Shown: positions 1-12,650, counted from the stretch's first letter. The stretch: 64,000 nt of DNA from Mobula hypostoma (GCF_963921235.1 NC_086097.1:177198001-177262000); one strand, 5' to 3'. The notes: generated by a model from the letters alone, not told the origin. Translations and numbers: made by a program.

Positions 1-69
1 TGAACTTCCAGCATCTGCAGATTTTCTCATGTTTGTTGTGCCAAATACAGAGTTCTATATCACCAGCTT

Positions 70-590
70 TAATCAAAGTATTGTGGGCAGTTTTGGGCTC
101 TTTATCTAAAAGATGTGTGAACATTGGATAGGCTCTGGAGAAGGTTCACAAGAACCAAACTGGGAATGAAAGGGTTAACATACAAGGAGCATTTGATGGC
201 TCTGGGGCTGTACTCACTCATGTTTAGAGCAAATGAGGGGGGAATCTCATTGAAATTCTATTGAATATTGAAAGGTCTAGATAGAGTAGATCTGAAGAGG
301 GTGTTACCTATGATCAGGGAGTCTAGGGTCAGAGGCACCGTCTCAGAATAGCGAGGCATCCCTTTAGAACACAGGTAATTTATTTAGCTAGAGGATTGTG
401 AATCTGTGGAATTCATTGCCACAAATGGCTGTGAAGGCCAAGTCATTGGGTATATTTAAAGCGGAGGTTGATATATTCATGATTAGTAAGGGTATCAAAA
501 ATTATGGGTAGAAAGCAGACAAATGGAGTTGAGAGAAATAAAAAATCGGACATGATGGAATGGCCTAATTCTTCTTAAGGTTTTATACAT
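70..590 (+). mobile_element. CR1-clade LINE 3' fragment (RT C-terminus and 3' UTR), degraded
   Basis: Typical CR1 end motifs: 'agaaggttcacaaga', 'gggctgtactcact', 'gtgaatctgtggaattcattgccaca', 'atggaatggcctaattct'. Boundaries approximate. Confidence 0.8.
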
Positions 591-1614
591 GGGATTAATA
601 AATAAATCTAAATCTATTTCACACATTGCAAAACAGAATCCAATCTAACACTTAAAACTCATTGGAGCATCATAGGGCAATGAAAGGAGCAATCTTTCCT
701 TTAGTCACTCTGCCAGTGTACTCGTACCCCTACACTTAGCATTCCTTTTGGCAATGGCCATGAACTCAGCTACAGTCACTCACCCTGACATATCACCACG
801 AATTAAACACAAACATGAACAAAGCAACACTTGTACAGATTACTTAGCACATCACAATCCATCAGGGAGTGTGAATCCAACATTTATTAAGGCCCTGCTT
901 GTCAGTTTTACTACAACTAGTTATTTATATTTAACCAGTTTCAGCCACTAATTCACACCGGTAAGTGACCAGATCATTCCAAATCCAATATAAAGCCCTG
1001 AGAATGGTTAATATGTCAAAGTGACAGATGTGATAAGCTATTAAATGGTTCTCTAGAATGATAAGGTGGACTCTTGACTTCACAATCTACCTCATTATGA
1101 TCTTGTACCTTGTTGTTTACCTGCACTGCACTTTTTCTGTAGATGTTACACTTCATTCTGCATTGCTGTTGTTTTATCTTGTTCTGCCTCAAAGCTCTGT
1201 GCAATGATTTGATCGGTATAAACAGTATGCAAGACAGGGTTTTCACTGTATCTCGGTACACATGACAATTCCAATTCCAATTCCACTTGAAGAGATGGAG
1301 GATAATAAGGTTATTTTCTACAGTAAACACTGGTAAGGCTGAACAGGGACATGCTACATTCCCTAAGTCTGCTGAGGATGTAGATTCTTGGCCATTGCAT
1401 CTATGTGGTTGGACCAGTGGGGAGGATCAAGCTGCTGGAAGAACTCAGAGGGTCAAGCAGCATCTGTAGAGGCAAAAAGATGGTCAAAGTTTCAGGTTGA
1501 GACCCTGCATGAGGATGACCAGTCATGTCTTGACCCAGAACATTGACTACCTCTTTGTTTCCACAGATGTTGCCTGACCATCTGTGGAAGTTTGAACGTA
1601 CAAGAGGCGGAGTA

Positions 1615-2068
1615 GAGTAATGATAGTGCTAAATGGCAACTCCTTTGCTTGCATCTTCGGAAACAGCTCTATTTCCACCTTTAATATCTTTATTTTTCCC
1701 TTTCAGGGTTCTTTTGAAGACCTTGACCTGGAGTTACATGCTGACGCTTGGTTCTTTGTGGGAATGGGACCCGCTCTCAGGGTTTCACAACTGGCCGTTG
1801 TTTGACACGCCAAGGGCTTGGCCTAAGGGTCCGGCTCAGATTTGGGAGCCTAGGATCTCGGGGCTCTGGAGATGGACAGATTTTGCTGGTGGGGGAGGGT
1901 GGATTTTTGCTTGCTGCCACTTACGTGCGGGAGGGAGGGGAGCTGGAGGGGACTTTGGGGTCCTAACAGTTAACTGTCGTTCATTCTTTGGGTCACTCCT
2001 CTGTTTTCATGGATGGTTGCGAAGAAAAAGCATTTCAGGATGTATATTAAATTGGACCTTTGAACCTA
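1615..2068 (+). mobile_element. Non-coding, non-autonomous retroposon with Rex1-like 3' tail
   Basis: Body has no recognisable protein. It ends 'gaagaaaaagcatttcaggatgtatattaaattggacctttgaacc', resembling the tails of Rex1 copies ending near 8525 and 28370. Confidence 0.5.
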
Positions 2069-2099
2069 CAAGACTGAAAGGAGATTTGACAGAGGTATA

Positions 2100-3480
2100 T
2101 AAAAAGTGTTACGTATGGTCAGTACTGAGGTATGGATCATGGACCCTGAAGAAGGATGACATGAAACAAATTAATGTTTTTGAAATGTGGTGCTATCGAC
2201 GAATGTTGAAGATCAGCTAGGTAGATAAAGTTTCAAATGAGAGGGTTTTATCCAAAGTTTAAGTCCAGTCGATTTGCTTTTTATTGTCATTTCGACCATA
2301 AACTGCTGGTACAGTACACAGTAAAAACAAAGCAACATTCCTCCAGGACCCTGGTGCTACATGAAACAACACAAAACTACACTAGACTAAGTGAGACAAC
2401 AGAAGGCTACACTGGTGTACGTAAGACGACAGAAAAACTACAGTAGACTACAGACCTACACAGGACTACATAAAGTGCACAAAACAGTCAGGGCAGTACG
2501 ATAAATAATAAACAAGACAATAGGCTCAGTGCTTCAGTACCTTTTGCCAGATGGCAGGAGGGAGAAGAGTTTGCGTGGGGTCCTTCGCAATGCTGTTGGC
2601 TTTACAGGTGCAGCATGTAGTGTAAATATCTGTGATGGCAGGAAGAGAGACCCCGATGATCTTCTCAGCTGACCTCACTGTCCACTGCAGGGTCTTGCGA
2701 TCTGAGACGGTACAATTCCTGAACCAGCTGCTCAGGATGTTCTCAATACATCCTTTGTAGAATGTGGTGAGGATGGGGGGTGGGAGATGGACTTTTCTCA
2801 ATCTTCGCAGAAAGTAGAAATGCTGCTGTGCTTTCTTGGCTATGGAGCTGGCGTTGAGGGACCAGGTGAGATTCTCCGCCAGGTGAACACCAAGAAATTT
2901 GGTGCTCTTAACGATCTCAACGAAGGAGCCATCAATGTTCAGTGAAGAGTGGTCGCTCCGTACTCTCCTGAAGTCAACAACCATCTCTTTTGTTTTGTTC
3001 ACATTCAGAGACAGGTTGTTGGCTCTGCACCAGTCCGTTAGCCGCTGCACCTCCTCTCTGTATGCTGACTCATCATTCTAGCTGATGAGACCCACCACGG
3101 TCGTGTCATCAGCGAACTTGATGATGTGGTTCAAGCTGTGTATTGTTGCACAGTCATGGGTCAGCAGAGTGAACAGCAGTGGACTGAGCACACATAACAA
3201 CACAGTTGACAGACCATGGATATTGCTGGAGAAGATTATGAAGATAAAGGTTGCTTATTGTGGACAAGTTACGCGGAGAGATAACACCTTGTTGGACTTG
3301 CTATATGGAAAGGTGGAGGGAAAGAAAGGAAGAGGAAGGCAAAGAACAATGTGGCTGGATAACATCAAGGATTGGACAAAGCTGGACAAGACTAGGGATT
3401 TTGTGGACAAGTGTCGGAATAGAGTGGCATGGAGGAAAATCGTCCACCAAATGGAAAATCCAGATCTGACCTAACGACGA
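2100..3480 (+). mobile_element. RTE-clade LINE 3' fragment (parts about 2100-2253 and 3195-3480), interrupted by Rex1
   Basis: Translations KCYVWSVLRYGSWTL...FEMWCYRRMLKIS and LLYGKVEGKKGRGRQRTMWLDNIKDW...RNRVAWRKIV are typical RTE ORF C-terminal motifs. Confidence 0.85.
2255..3194 (-). mobile_element. Rex1/Babar LINE 3' fragment (RT C-terminus and 3' UTR)
   Basis: ORF 2526..3050(-) reads WCRANNLSLNVNKTKEMVVDFRR...KFLGVHLAENLTW...AKKAQQHFYFLRRL. KFADDTT lies upstream on the same strand. Confidence 0.9.
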
Positions 3481-3864
3481 TACAAAAATTATAAGTGGTA
3501 TAGATAGGGTAAATGCAAGCAGGCTTTTTCCACTGAAGTTGGTGGGACTACAACCAGAGGTCATGGGTTAAAGGTGAAAGGTGAGAAATTTAAGGGGAAC
3601 ATGAGGGGGAAGATTCATTTACTCAGATGGTCCAGAGAGTGTGGAAGGAGCTGCCAGCACAAGTGACCTATGTAAGCTCGATTTCAATGCTTAAGAGAAG
3701 TTTGGATGGGTACATTGATAGTAAGGACATGGAGGGCTATGGTCCTGTGCTCTCAATGGGAGTAGGCATTTTAAAAGGTTTTAGCATGGTCTAGATGGGC
3801 CAAAGGGCCTGTTTCTATGCTGTACTTCTCTATGACTATGATTCGATGACCCCTTCAGTTGCTC

Positions 3865-4420
3865 TGGCACAAGAAATACTGCAATGCTGGAAATCGGAGC
3901 AACATGCATAAAATATTGGAGGAACTTAGCAGATCAGACAGCATTTATGGAGCTAAACAAATGTTTGCCATTTCCGCTAGACCCCTCATCAGGATTGAAA
4001 GCGAAAGTGGCAGATACCAGAATAAGCAGGTGTGGAGAATGGGAAAGGAGTACAAGCAGGCAGGTGATAGGTGAGACCAGGTGAGGGGAAAGCTGGATGC
4101 ATGGGTAAGGGGGATGATCTGAAAAACTGAGAGATAATAGGTGGAAGAGTAAAGGGCTGAAGAAGGAATCTTGCAGGAGAGAAGAGAGGACCATGGAATG
4201 AAGGGAGGGGCGAGGGTAACCAGAGAAAGGTGATAGGCAGGTCATGAGGTGGGGTAGAGGAAGAGACAGAGTGAGAGGGCCAACAAAATGGATGAAAACA
4301 AAAAAGGGGTCAAGGGAAAGAGGGGTAAAGTAAGCAGAAATTAGAGAAATCAATGTTCATGCCATCCGGTTGGACACTTCTCAGAGGGAGTATGAGGTTC
4401 TGTTCCTCCAGCCTGCACTG
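3865..4420 (-). mobile_element. Penelope-like element 3' end / pseudo-LTR fragment
   Basis: ORF 4310..4513(-) ends RLEEQNLILPLRSVQPDGMNIDFSNF, the same terminus as other Penelope copies here, followed by the pyrimidine-rich UTR. Confidence 0.8.
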
Positions 4421-5711
4421 CTTTTTCTCTGTAACTGTGTATAATCTATGCCTGTATAAGGAACACAGGCAGAACTCACAGTGGTTTTTCCTGTAAGTTC
4501 CAGTTAAAAGCATTTTATGTAGGATAGGAAATGGGATACTTGCAGGTCCTGACAGGCTGTGTCATTGGCCAGATCTGTGAACTTATTTTTAGCTCGATGT
4601 GGTTATTACTGTCAGTGTATTCACAGGAAGTGTTGGAAATATCATTTGGAGTGAAGAGGTTCACAATGGTTCCATGTGCAAATTTATGCAAGTTGCAGAG
4701 TTCAGCTCATGCCCCAGTATTGTAAGGCATTCAACTCAAGGTTTGTGTAAATAAAACAGCAATTCCTTGTATTCATGTAGCACATTCAACATGCCAAGCA
4801 TCCAGGAAGGATTAGAACAATATTAACAAACAAATTTTGATATTCAATTATCTTTCAGGGTTCGGAAGAAGGCTATTATTCATCAGATTTACATTGATTC
4901 CTAATGGAGTAATCCCATCTGTTCCATTCCCCCGTCTCCTAATTCCCCTTCATCCCTACAATTGATTCCCATGGCCCTCAGTTCTCCTTTAGCCACTTAC
5001 CCACACTAAGGGATCATTTACCTCCGCTTTGTCTCGGAGAGAAGACCGGAGCCCCCAGCACTCTTGACCTCACTATCTATCTCATTATGACTTCATCGTC
5101 TACCTGCACTGCTCTTTCTCTGTAGCTTTTACACTTTATTCTGCATTGTTTTTAATCTTATTCTAGCCCAATGCACTGTGTAATAATTTGGTCTGTATGC
5201 AAGCTTCTTACTGTGCCTTTATAAAAGAGAAATAATAAACTAATGCCAGTAACAAAAGGAGAAGCGCTATCACAATGCAGATGTGTGGTATGTGTTCTTA
5301 AGCTTGGGGATATTCTGCCAGATGAAAGGGGCGATGGGGGGAGGAAAGAATTACCTCATGGCTGCATCATGACCTGATTTGGAAACATCAATGCACAGGA
5401 ATGGAAAAGTCTACAGAAAGTGATGGATACAGCCCAGTCCGTCGCAGACAAAGCCCTCCTCACCACATGAAAGCAGCATCCATCATCAAAGACCCCCATC
5501 ATCTAGGCCATGCCCTCTTCTCTCTACTACCATTGTGCAGGAGGTACAAAGGCCTAGATACCTAAACCAAAAGCCATGGATGAACCAGAAAATTTGTAGT
5601 GTGCTGCGGGCTAGATCTGTTGCATTCAAGACCGGTGATCCAGAACTATACAAGAAGTCCAGGTACAGCCTACAGAAGGCTATTCTAAGGGCAAAGAAAT
5701 AATTCCAATTG

Positions 5712-7022
5712 AAGTTCTCAGAAAGGGGCTTCCCTTCCTCCACCATCAACGCTGCCCTCATCTGCATCTCTTCCATTCCGCGCATGTCTGCCTTCATCCC
5801 ATCCTTCCACCATCCCACCGGGGATAGAATTTCTCCGGTCCTCACCTACCACCCCACCAGCCTCCGTGTCCAGCACATAGTTCTTTGTAACTTCTGCCAT
5901 CTCCAATGGGATCACACCATCAAGCACATCTTTCCCTCCACCGCCCCCCCCCCCACTCTCTGCTCTCTGCAGGGATCATTCCCTACGTGACTCCTGTTAG
6001 AGTGAGTTTCTTTGGGTAGATGATTTGTTTACACTTAAATGACTGGCCACCAGACTTCTATTTGACTATTTGACAAAGTACTGTGAATTGAGTGCACAAC
6101 AATGCGCTTCCTAAAAAGGTGTGAATACCAGATGCTTCTGGCGCCGTAGTTTGACCAGATGCTGTAGTTTCAAAGACAGTATTATCTATACATTATAATT
6201 GTCTTCTATGTTAGCACGTAAAATGCCAAATAAATGTATTGTGGATTGAAATAAAGGCTGTGGATACCAACCCAAACATGTTGGCGTCGGAAGGAAAGGA
6301 TGAAGTCAGAAGGTGTGATGTTTTGTATGTAGCTTCAAAAGGAAGCATTGTCTATTATTTTAAGTATTACTTTTGTATTTAGCATATAAATATCAAGCCC
6401 ACATTGGGCTAGCAGACCTTTCTACCGAAAGCGTCTCGGTGGATATGATGCCTGCTGTACCTTCTTGTGTCGAATAAAGAAGCTGCTTTGTATCTACCAG
6501 TGACTCTGTCTCTCCGGTAATTTCCTCCACACGACAACAACTCCCTTGTCCATTTGTCCCTCCCCACTGATCTTCCTCCTGGCACTTCTCCTTGCAACGT
6601 GGAACAAGTGCTACACCTGCCCCGACACCTTCTCTCTCAACACCTCCAACATTCCTTCCAGGTGAGGCACAACACTCACCTGTGAGTCTGTTGAGGTCAT
6701 CTACTACATCAGGTACTCCTGGTGTGGTTTCCTGTATATCAGTGAGACCCAACGTAGATTGGGAGACTGTTTTGCTGAGCACAATCCACCAGAAAAAGCA
6801 TGATCTCCGAGTGGCCACCCATTTTAATTCCACTTCCAATTCCCATTCCGACATGTTAGTCTATGGCCTCTTCTACTGTCACAAAGAGGCCACACTCAGG
6901 TCGGAGGAGCAACATCTTACATTCCGTCTGGGTAGCCTTCAACCTAATCGCATGAACATCTATTTCTTGGACTTCCTGTAATGCCCCTCACCCCCACCTT
7001 CTTCACCATTCCCCATTCCCAT
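5712..7022 (+). mobile_element. Penelope-like element fragment (GIY-YIG endonuclease region), split by a solo LTR
   Basis: RGFPSSTINAAL...PVLTYHPTSLRVQHIVLCNF, then a degenerate GIY-YIG (VIYYIRYSWCGFLYISETQRRLGDCFAEH) and VATHFNSTSNSHSDM...EEQHLTFRLGSLQP. Confidence 0.85.
5995..6539 (+). mobile_element. Solo LTR (545 bp), related to the LTR of the endogenous retrovirus at 57085
   Basis: TGTT...AACA termini. Perfect 5-bp TSD ACTCC (5990-5994 and 6540-6544), whose removal restores the Penelope sequence. TATAAA at 6385 and AATAAA at 6473. Confidence 0.9.
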
Positions 7023-7034
7023 ATCATTCCATAT

Positions 7035-8526
7035 CAACCAACTGGTGGGAAGGTTCAAAGACATCTTCAATCTCTCATTGTTGCAGTCGGAGGTTTGAAA
7101 CTGCTTCTAAAGTGCAATAATCATACCAGTGCCCAAGAAGAGCAGGATGAACTGCCTTAACAACTATCACAAAGCTGCACTCTCATCTACTGTGATGAAG
7201 TACTTTGAGCTGTTGGTGTTGGCCAGATCAAATTTTCCCTAAGGAAGGACCTGGATCCATTACATTTAGCCCATTGCAACAATAGATCTGCAGCAGATGA
7301 AATCCCACCAACTCTCCATTCAGCCTTGGCTCACCTGGACAACAACAATACCTCGTCAGGCTGCTGTTTGCTGATTACAGCTCAGCGTTCAACACCATCA
7401 TACCCTCAGTTCTAAACAACAGGCTCCAAAACCTGGGCTTCCAAACCTCCCTCTGCAAGTGGGTCCTTGACTTCCTCACCGGGAGACCACAGTCCGAGCA
7501 GATCAAAAGTAATATCCCCTCCTCACTAACAATCAGCACTGGTGTACCTCACGGATCCACGCTTAGCCCACTTCTCTACTCTCTCTACACTGACAACTCT
7601 GTAGCTAGGCACAGCTCAAAGGCCACCTATAAATTTGCAGATAACACAACTATTGTTGGAAGAATGCAAACACAAGGAAATCTGCAGATGCTGGAATTTC
7701 AAGCAACACACATCAAAGTTGCTGGTGAACACAGCAGGCCAGGCAGCATCTCTAGGAAGAGATACAGTCGACGTTTCGGGCCGAGACCCTTCGTCAGGCC
7801 TAACTGAAAGAAGAGCTGGTAAGAGATTGCTGGAAGAATTTCAGATGGTGACAAGGAGGCATACAGGAGCGAGAACAACAATCTTGCACTCAACGTCAGT
7901 AAGATCAAGGAATTTATTGTGGATTTCAGGAAGGGGAAGTCGGGGGAACACACACCAGATCTCATTGAGGGATCAGCAGTTAAAAGGGTGATTCCTCTGA
8001 CACAAGTTCCTGAGTGTCACTATCTCTGAAGATCTACCCAGGGCCCAACATTTTGATACAATTGCATAGAAGGCATAACAGGGGTTCTATTTCATTTGGA
8101 GTTTGAGGAGGCTTGGCATGTCACCAATGACTCTCACAAATTTCTGCAGATGTACCATGAGAGCATTCTAACTGGTTACATCCCCAGATTCTGATTCTCA
8201 CATCACCAGGTTCAGGAACAGTTATTACCCTACACTATCAGGCTTCCAAACCTGCATGGATAACTTCAATCACCACTTCTCTGAACTTATTCCACAACCT
8301 ACAGGCTCTCTTACAAGGACTCTTTACAACTCATGTTCTCAATTTTATTTTTTTTATTTGCACAGTTTGTCTTCTTTTGCACATTGGTTGTTTGTCAGTC
8401 CATGTTTATGTGTAGTTTTTCATAAATGCTATTTTCCCTGTAAATGCCTGCAAGAAAATGAATCTCAAAGTAGTATATGTTAATAACAATTGATAATAAA
8501 TTAATTTTGAATTTTAAACTTTGAAC
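7035..8526 (+). mobile_element. Rex1/Babar LINE, 5'-truncated and degraded
   Basis: RT motifs recognisable across frameshifts ([41 protein letters not shown]). 3' tail ends in tttgaac-type repeats. Confidence 0.85.
7666..7825 (-). mobile_element. Short Penelope pseudo-LTR insertion containing a hammerhead motif
   Basis: Flanked by a 14-bp duplication ATTGTTGGAAGAAT / ATTGCTGGAAGAAT (7652-7665, 7826-7839). Minus strand reads CTGACGA-AGGGTCTCGGCCC-GAAACGTC. Confidence 0.85.
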
Positions 8527-9249
8527 CAGTGTTGCCACCTTCACAGATACTTGCACCGAGGACCCTAGGTCCTCAGTTCTTCCAGGGGAACAGCATGCCA
8601 TGGATTAGTGAGGAAATTTTTGGGATAACAAATTCAAAGCTGAAAATGCATTTTATGTGGGAGGACAACTGCCAGACAGGATTAATTAGCAGAAGAGTCC
8701 TTTCTATAAATCGTTAGTAATCTTATTGGAGGAATCTGCTGTGATTTAAACTCTGCAGAAGTTAAGCTCATGGAACACACTACAGCTTCTTAATAGGTTC
8801 CACACTGTGAGAACTACTGCAAAGAACCTGTTGAAAAAGAAGCCCTGATTAGCAATAGTGACTGCACACTTTATCTCAGTTACGTTTCCACCTAATCTTG
8901 TTCCAAGAACTCTGATTATTTTCATTTATTTGCTCACAAGATGTGGATGCTCCCGACAGTCTGTATTCATTACTCATGTATAATCACCCTTGCAGTGAGC
9001 AGTCATTTCAGGGGGGCTAGTGAAAACATGCTGGAGAAATAAAATGCAGCAGATGCTGGAAATAGGAAATAAAGACAAGACTGAAATGCCACCGGTGTCA
9101 GAAATCTGGTTTAAGGTGGAACTGGTGAACTTCAGCAACTTCTGGCTGGTGGCTAACAACACAAACAAATACTTTGTTAATCACACTTTTTCTGGCAAAT
9201 GATCATCGCAAGTAATTTTTGCAACTTCCCTTTGGACCTGAAGGCAATT

Positions 9250-9880
9250 CAACATGACAGAACTGAGGCAAGGCGACACAGCAGGCCTGTCGCTGAGAGC
9301 AAAGAGGACCCTAGGTTCAATTGACGTTAGGCCGAATCGAGGCAGCGAGGTTCAGGCACCAGAGCGTACCAATCCAATAGAACTCGATGTCGGGGAGGTG
9401 CCTTGCCGAATAGGAACGGTCAGTTAGAGGCCGAATTGAGGCAGTGGTGTCCAAGCCCCACAGCACATCAAGGTGATTGAACCTGATGTCTGGACATTGA
9501 TTTAGGCGGGCCAGATTGAAAAGGTCAGGATGTAGGGGCACGAGGCAAGGGACGAAATGGTTCAGATCTCTGCTCTACGAGGTTTACTCAGCTCAGCGCT
9601 ATGCTATGGGACTCTCCAGCAGACTTCTGTTCAGAACACTATTTGCTTCAGGCTTTTTACTCTGCACATTGGGTGTTGGACAGTATTTTTTTATATATGT
9701 GTTCTTTTTTTATGAGCATGATATGTTTTTTTCCTCTCTTTGTACATTGGGTATTTGATGGTCTTTTTTTAATGGGTTCTTTTGGGTTTCTTTGTTTCCT
9801 GGCTGCCTTTTAGGAGACAAATCTCAAGGTTGTATAACGTATACATACTTTGATAATAAGTGTACTTTTTGAACTTCAAC
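9250..9880 (+). mobile_element. Non-coding, non-autonomous retroposon with Rex1-like 3' tail
   Basis: CpG-richer body with an imperfect internal repeat (aggccgaatcgaggcagcg / aggccgaattgaggcagtg). Tail 'aatctcaaggttgtata...tactttgataataa...tttgaac' is shared with Rex1 copies. Confidence 0.55.
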
Positions 9881-10039
9881 CTCTAATACAGACAGAAAGA
9901 AATGCTGCAGATGTTGGACGTCTGAAATAAAGAGAGAAAGAATGTACTGCAAATGCTGGACATCTGAAATAAAGGCAGATGGTGGGATATCTGAAATAAA
10001 GACAGAAAGGAAAAAAAAACAGCAGCCAAGCCAGTATCT

Positions 10040-11232
10040 AGACCACAAGACCATGACATAGGAGCAGAATTAGGCAATTTGGCCCATTGTGTCTGCTCCA
10101 CCGTTCCATCATGGCTGATATACTATCTCTCCCATTCTTCTGCCTTCTCCCCATAACCACTGATGCCATGACTAATCAAGAACCTATCAACCTCTGCTTT
10201 AAATATACCCAACAGCTTGGCCTCCACAGCTGTCTCTAGCAATGAATTCTGCAGACTCAGCACCCTCTGGCTAAAGAAATTCCTCCTCATCTTTGTTCTA
10301 AATGGACATCTCTCTATCTGAGGCTGTGCCCTCTGGTCCTACTCTCCCACTACAGGAAATACCCTCTTCGTATCCACTCCATCTACGTCTTTCAATATTC
10401 AATAGCCTTCAGTGAGATCCTGCCTCATTCTTCTAAATTCTAGCAAGTACAGGGCCAGAGCCATCAAAATCCACCTCATACATGAATCCTTTCATTCCCA
10501 TAATCATTCATGTTAACCTCCTCTGGACCCTCTCCAATGCCAGCACATCCTTTATTAGATAAGGGGCCAAAATCTACTCACAATATTCCAAGTGCAATCT
10601 GACAAATGCCTTATAAAGCCTCAGTATTACATCCTTGATTTTATATTCGAGTCCTCTCAAAATGAATGCTAACATTGCACTCGCCTTCCTTACTACTAAC
10701 TTAACCTGCAAGCTAACCTTTACAAAATCCTGCACAAGGGCATCCAAGTCCCTTTGCATCTCTGAATTTTGAATTTTCCCCCCATTTAGAAAATTGTCTA
10801 CGCCTTTATTCCATCTACCAAAGTGCATGACCATTCAATTCCCTACATTATATTCCACTTGCTACATCTTTTCCCATTCTCCTAATCTGCCTATGTCCTT
10901 CCGCAGACTCTCTGCTTCCTCAATATTCCCTGCCCCTCCACCTATCTTACTATCATCCACAAATTTGGCCACAAAGCCACCAATACCATCATCCTAATTT
11001 TTTGCATATAGTGTACAAAGAAGTGGTCACAATTCCAACTATTACGGAACACCATGCTCACTGGCAGCCAACCAGAAAAGCATCTTTTTATTCCATTCTT
11101 TGCCTCCTGCCAGTCAGCCAATGCTCTGTCCATGCCAGTATCTTTCCTGTAATACCATGCGTTCTTAGCTTGTTAAACAGCCTCATGTATGACATCTTGA
11201 CGAAGGCCTTCTGAAAATCCAAGTAAACAACA
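10040..11232 (-). mobile_element. CR1 LINE fragment (RT C-terminal half and 3' UTR)
   Basis: ORF 10574..10834(-) reads VMHFGRWNK...QRDLDALVQ...KASAMLAFILRGLEYK...LYKAFVRLHLEYC. DFQKAF motif near 11210 on the minus strand. Confidence 0.9.
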
Positions 11233-12124
11233 CCTAGTAGGAAGAGCAAGGAAAAAAATTGGAAATATGTTATGTGAAATATTAACCCTTTTTTGGTTCC
11301 ACATTTGCAATAATGCCTGCCAACTCAACTGTTCTCTTTTCTGGTGGAAGATACTGGAGTTTGAAATGACCAGACTCAAGAACAGTTCCTTCTTCACTGC
11401 TATCAGACTTCTGAACTGATCATCTATTTTACATCACCTCCACGATGGGGCTGCCACAATCCTGAACTCTTAATTCTATCTCCTCTGTTATTGTGATTTT
11501 TTAATCAATGTGCCCTAGAACACATCTATCCGAAAGCATCACAAATTGGTTCCTCAACTGTTCTGCCCGACACTGCAAGAAACCACAGTTATGGCCACAG
11601 CCCAGCACATCGCAGAAATCAGCCTCTGTTCCATGCTCTCTGTCTCAGGGTAGTCAGCATAATCAGAGACCATTCCCATCCTGGTCATTCTCTTTTCCCC
11701 CTCTTCCATCGAGCAGGAAATACGAAAGCCTGAAAGCATGTGCCACCAGTCTCAGGGTCAGCTTCTTTCCCATTGTTATAGGAATATTGAATGGTTCCCA
11801 GTCCAGTACCATAAGATGGACACTTGATGTCACAATCTACCTCAGCATGGCTTTGCACCTTACTGTCTACCTGCATTACACTTCCTCTGTAACTCCAACA
11901 ATATGTTCTGCATTGTGTTTTTTTTTGTTTTACTGCCTCAATCTACTTACAAATGATCTGTCTGGATAGCATGCTAAACTAAGTTCTGCAATGCATCTTG
12001 ATACATGTGACAATAGTAAACGAATACTAAGACCACTTTGTTTCTTTGTTCCCCTCTTATCTACCATGCTTTGAACAGCCATGATCTTCTCCAACACTAT
12101 CAAATCTCCTCTCATCCTTGCTTA

Positions 12125-12650
12125 GGATCATAAAGTAATACTGCAGAGAAAGAGGTCCTTCAGCCCAACTGGTCTATACCAACTATGTGCCCAGCAAGTT
12201 AATGCTATTTACTCACGTTTGATCCATAGTCCTCTAAACCTCTCCTATCCATTCAGTTATCTAGACGACCTTTAAATGTTGCTCTTGTGCCTGCCTCGGT
12301 CATTATTTCTGGCAACTCATTCCAAATACACACTGCACTTTGTGTGAGGGAGGATTCCCTGATGTCCATTTTAAATCTCTCACCTCCAATCTTAAATCTA
12401 AAACATTGATTTTGGCACCCCCTTTCTGGAATAAACACTAGATGTTTTTACCCTGTCTAGGCTCCTCGTGATCTTATATATCTCAATTATGTAAACGCTC
12501 AATCACCTACGCTCCAGGGAATAAAGTCCTAGTCTATACAAACTCTCCTTGTAACTCAAGTCCAGGCAACATCCTGGTAAATCTTTTCTTCATTCTTTCT
12601 AGTTTAATAAAGTCTTTCCTACAAGAGGGTGACCAAAACTGTGCAGTTCC
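12125..12650 (-). mobile_element. CR1 3' fragment
   Basis: ORF 12253..12438(-) reads FKIGGERFK...WNELPE...AGTRATFKGRLD. Confidence 0.8.

Larger units (their letters stand above)
2070..3845 (+). mobile_element. CR1 3' fragment split by an RTE insertion (CR1 parts about 2070-2100 and 3481-3845)
   Basis: 'agactgaaaggagatttgacagaggtata' resumes as 'tacaaaaattataagtggtatagatagggtaaatgc'. Ends in the CR1 tail 'gggccaaagggcctgtttctatgctgta...ctatgactatga'. Confidence 0.8.

Noticed and set aside
940..966. Micro-exon ending at the strong donor CCG|GTAAGT (961)
   Set aside because: There are no partner exons or recognisable peptide, and such motifs occur by chance in 64 kb.
1633..2220. 195-aa ORF as a host gene
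   Set aside because: It is a chance read-through across a non-coding retroposon, a CR1 piece (RLKGDLTEVYK) and an RTE piece.
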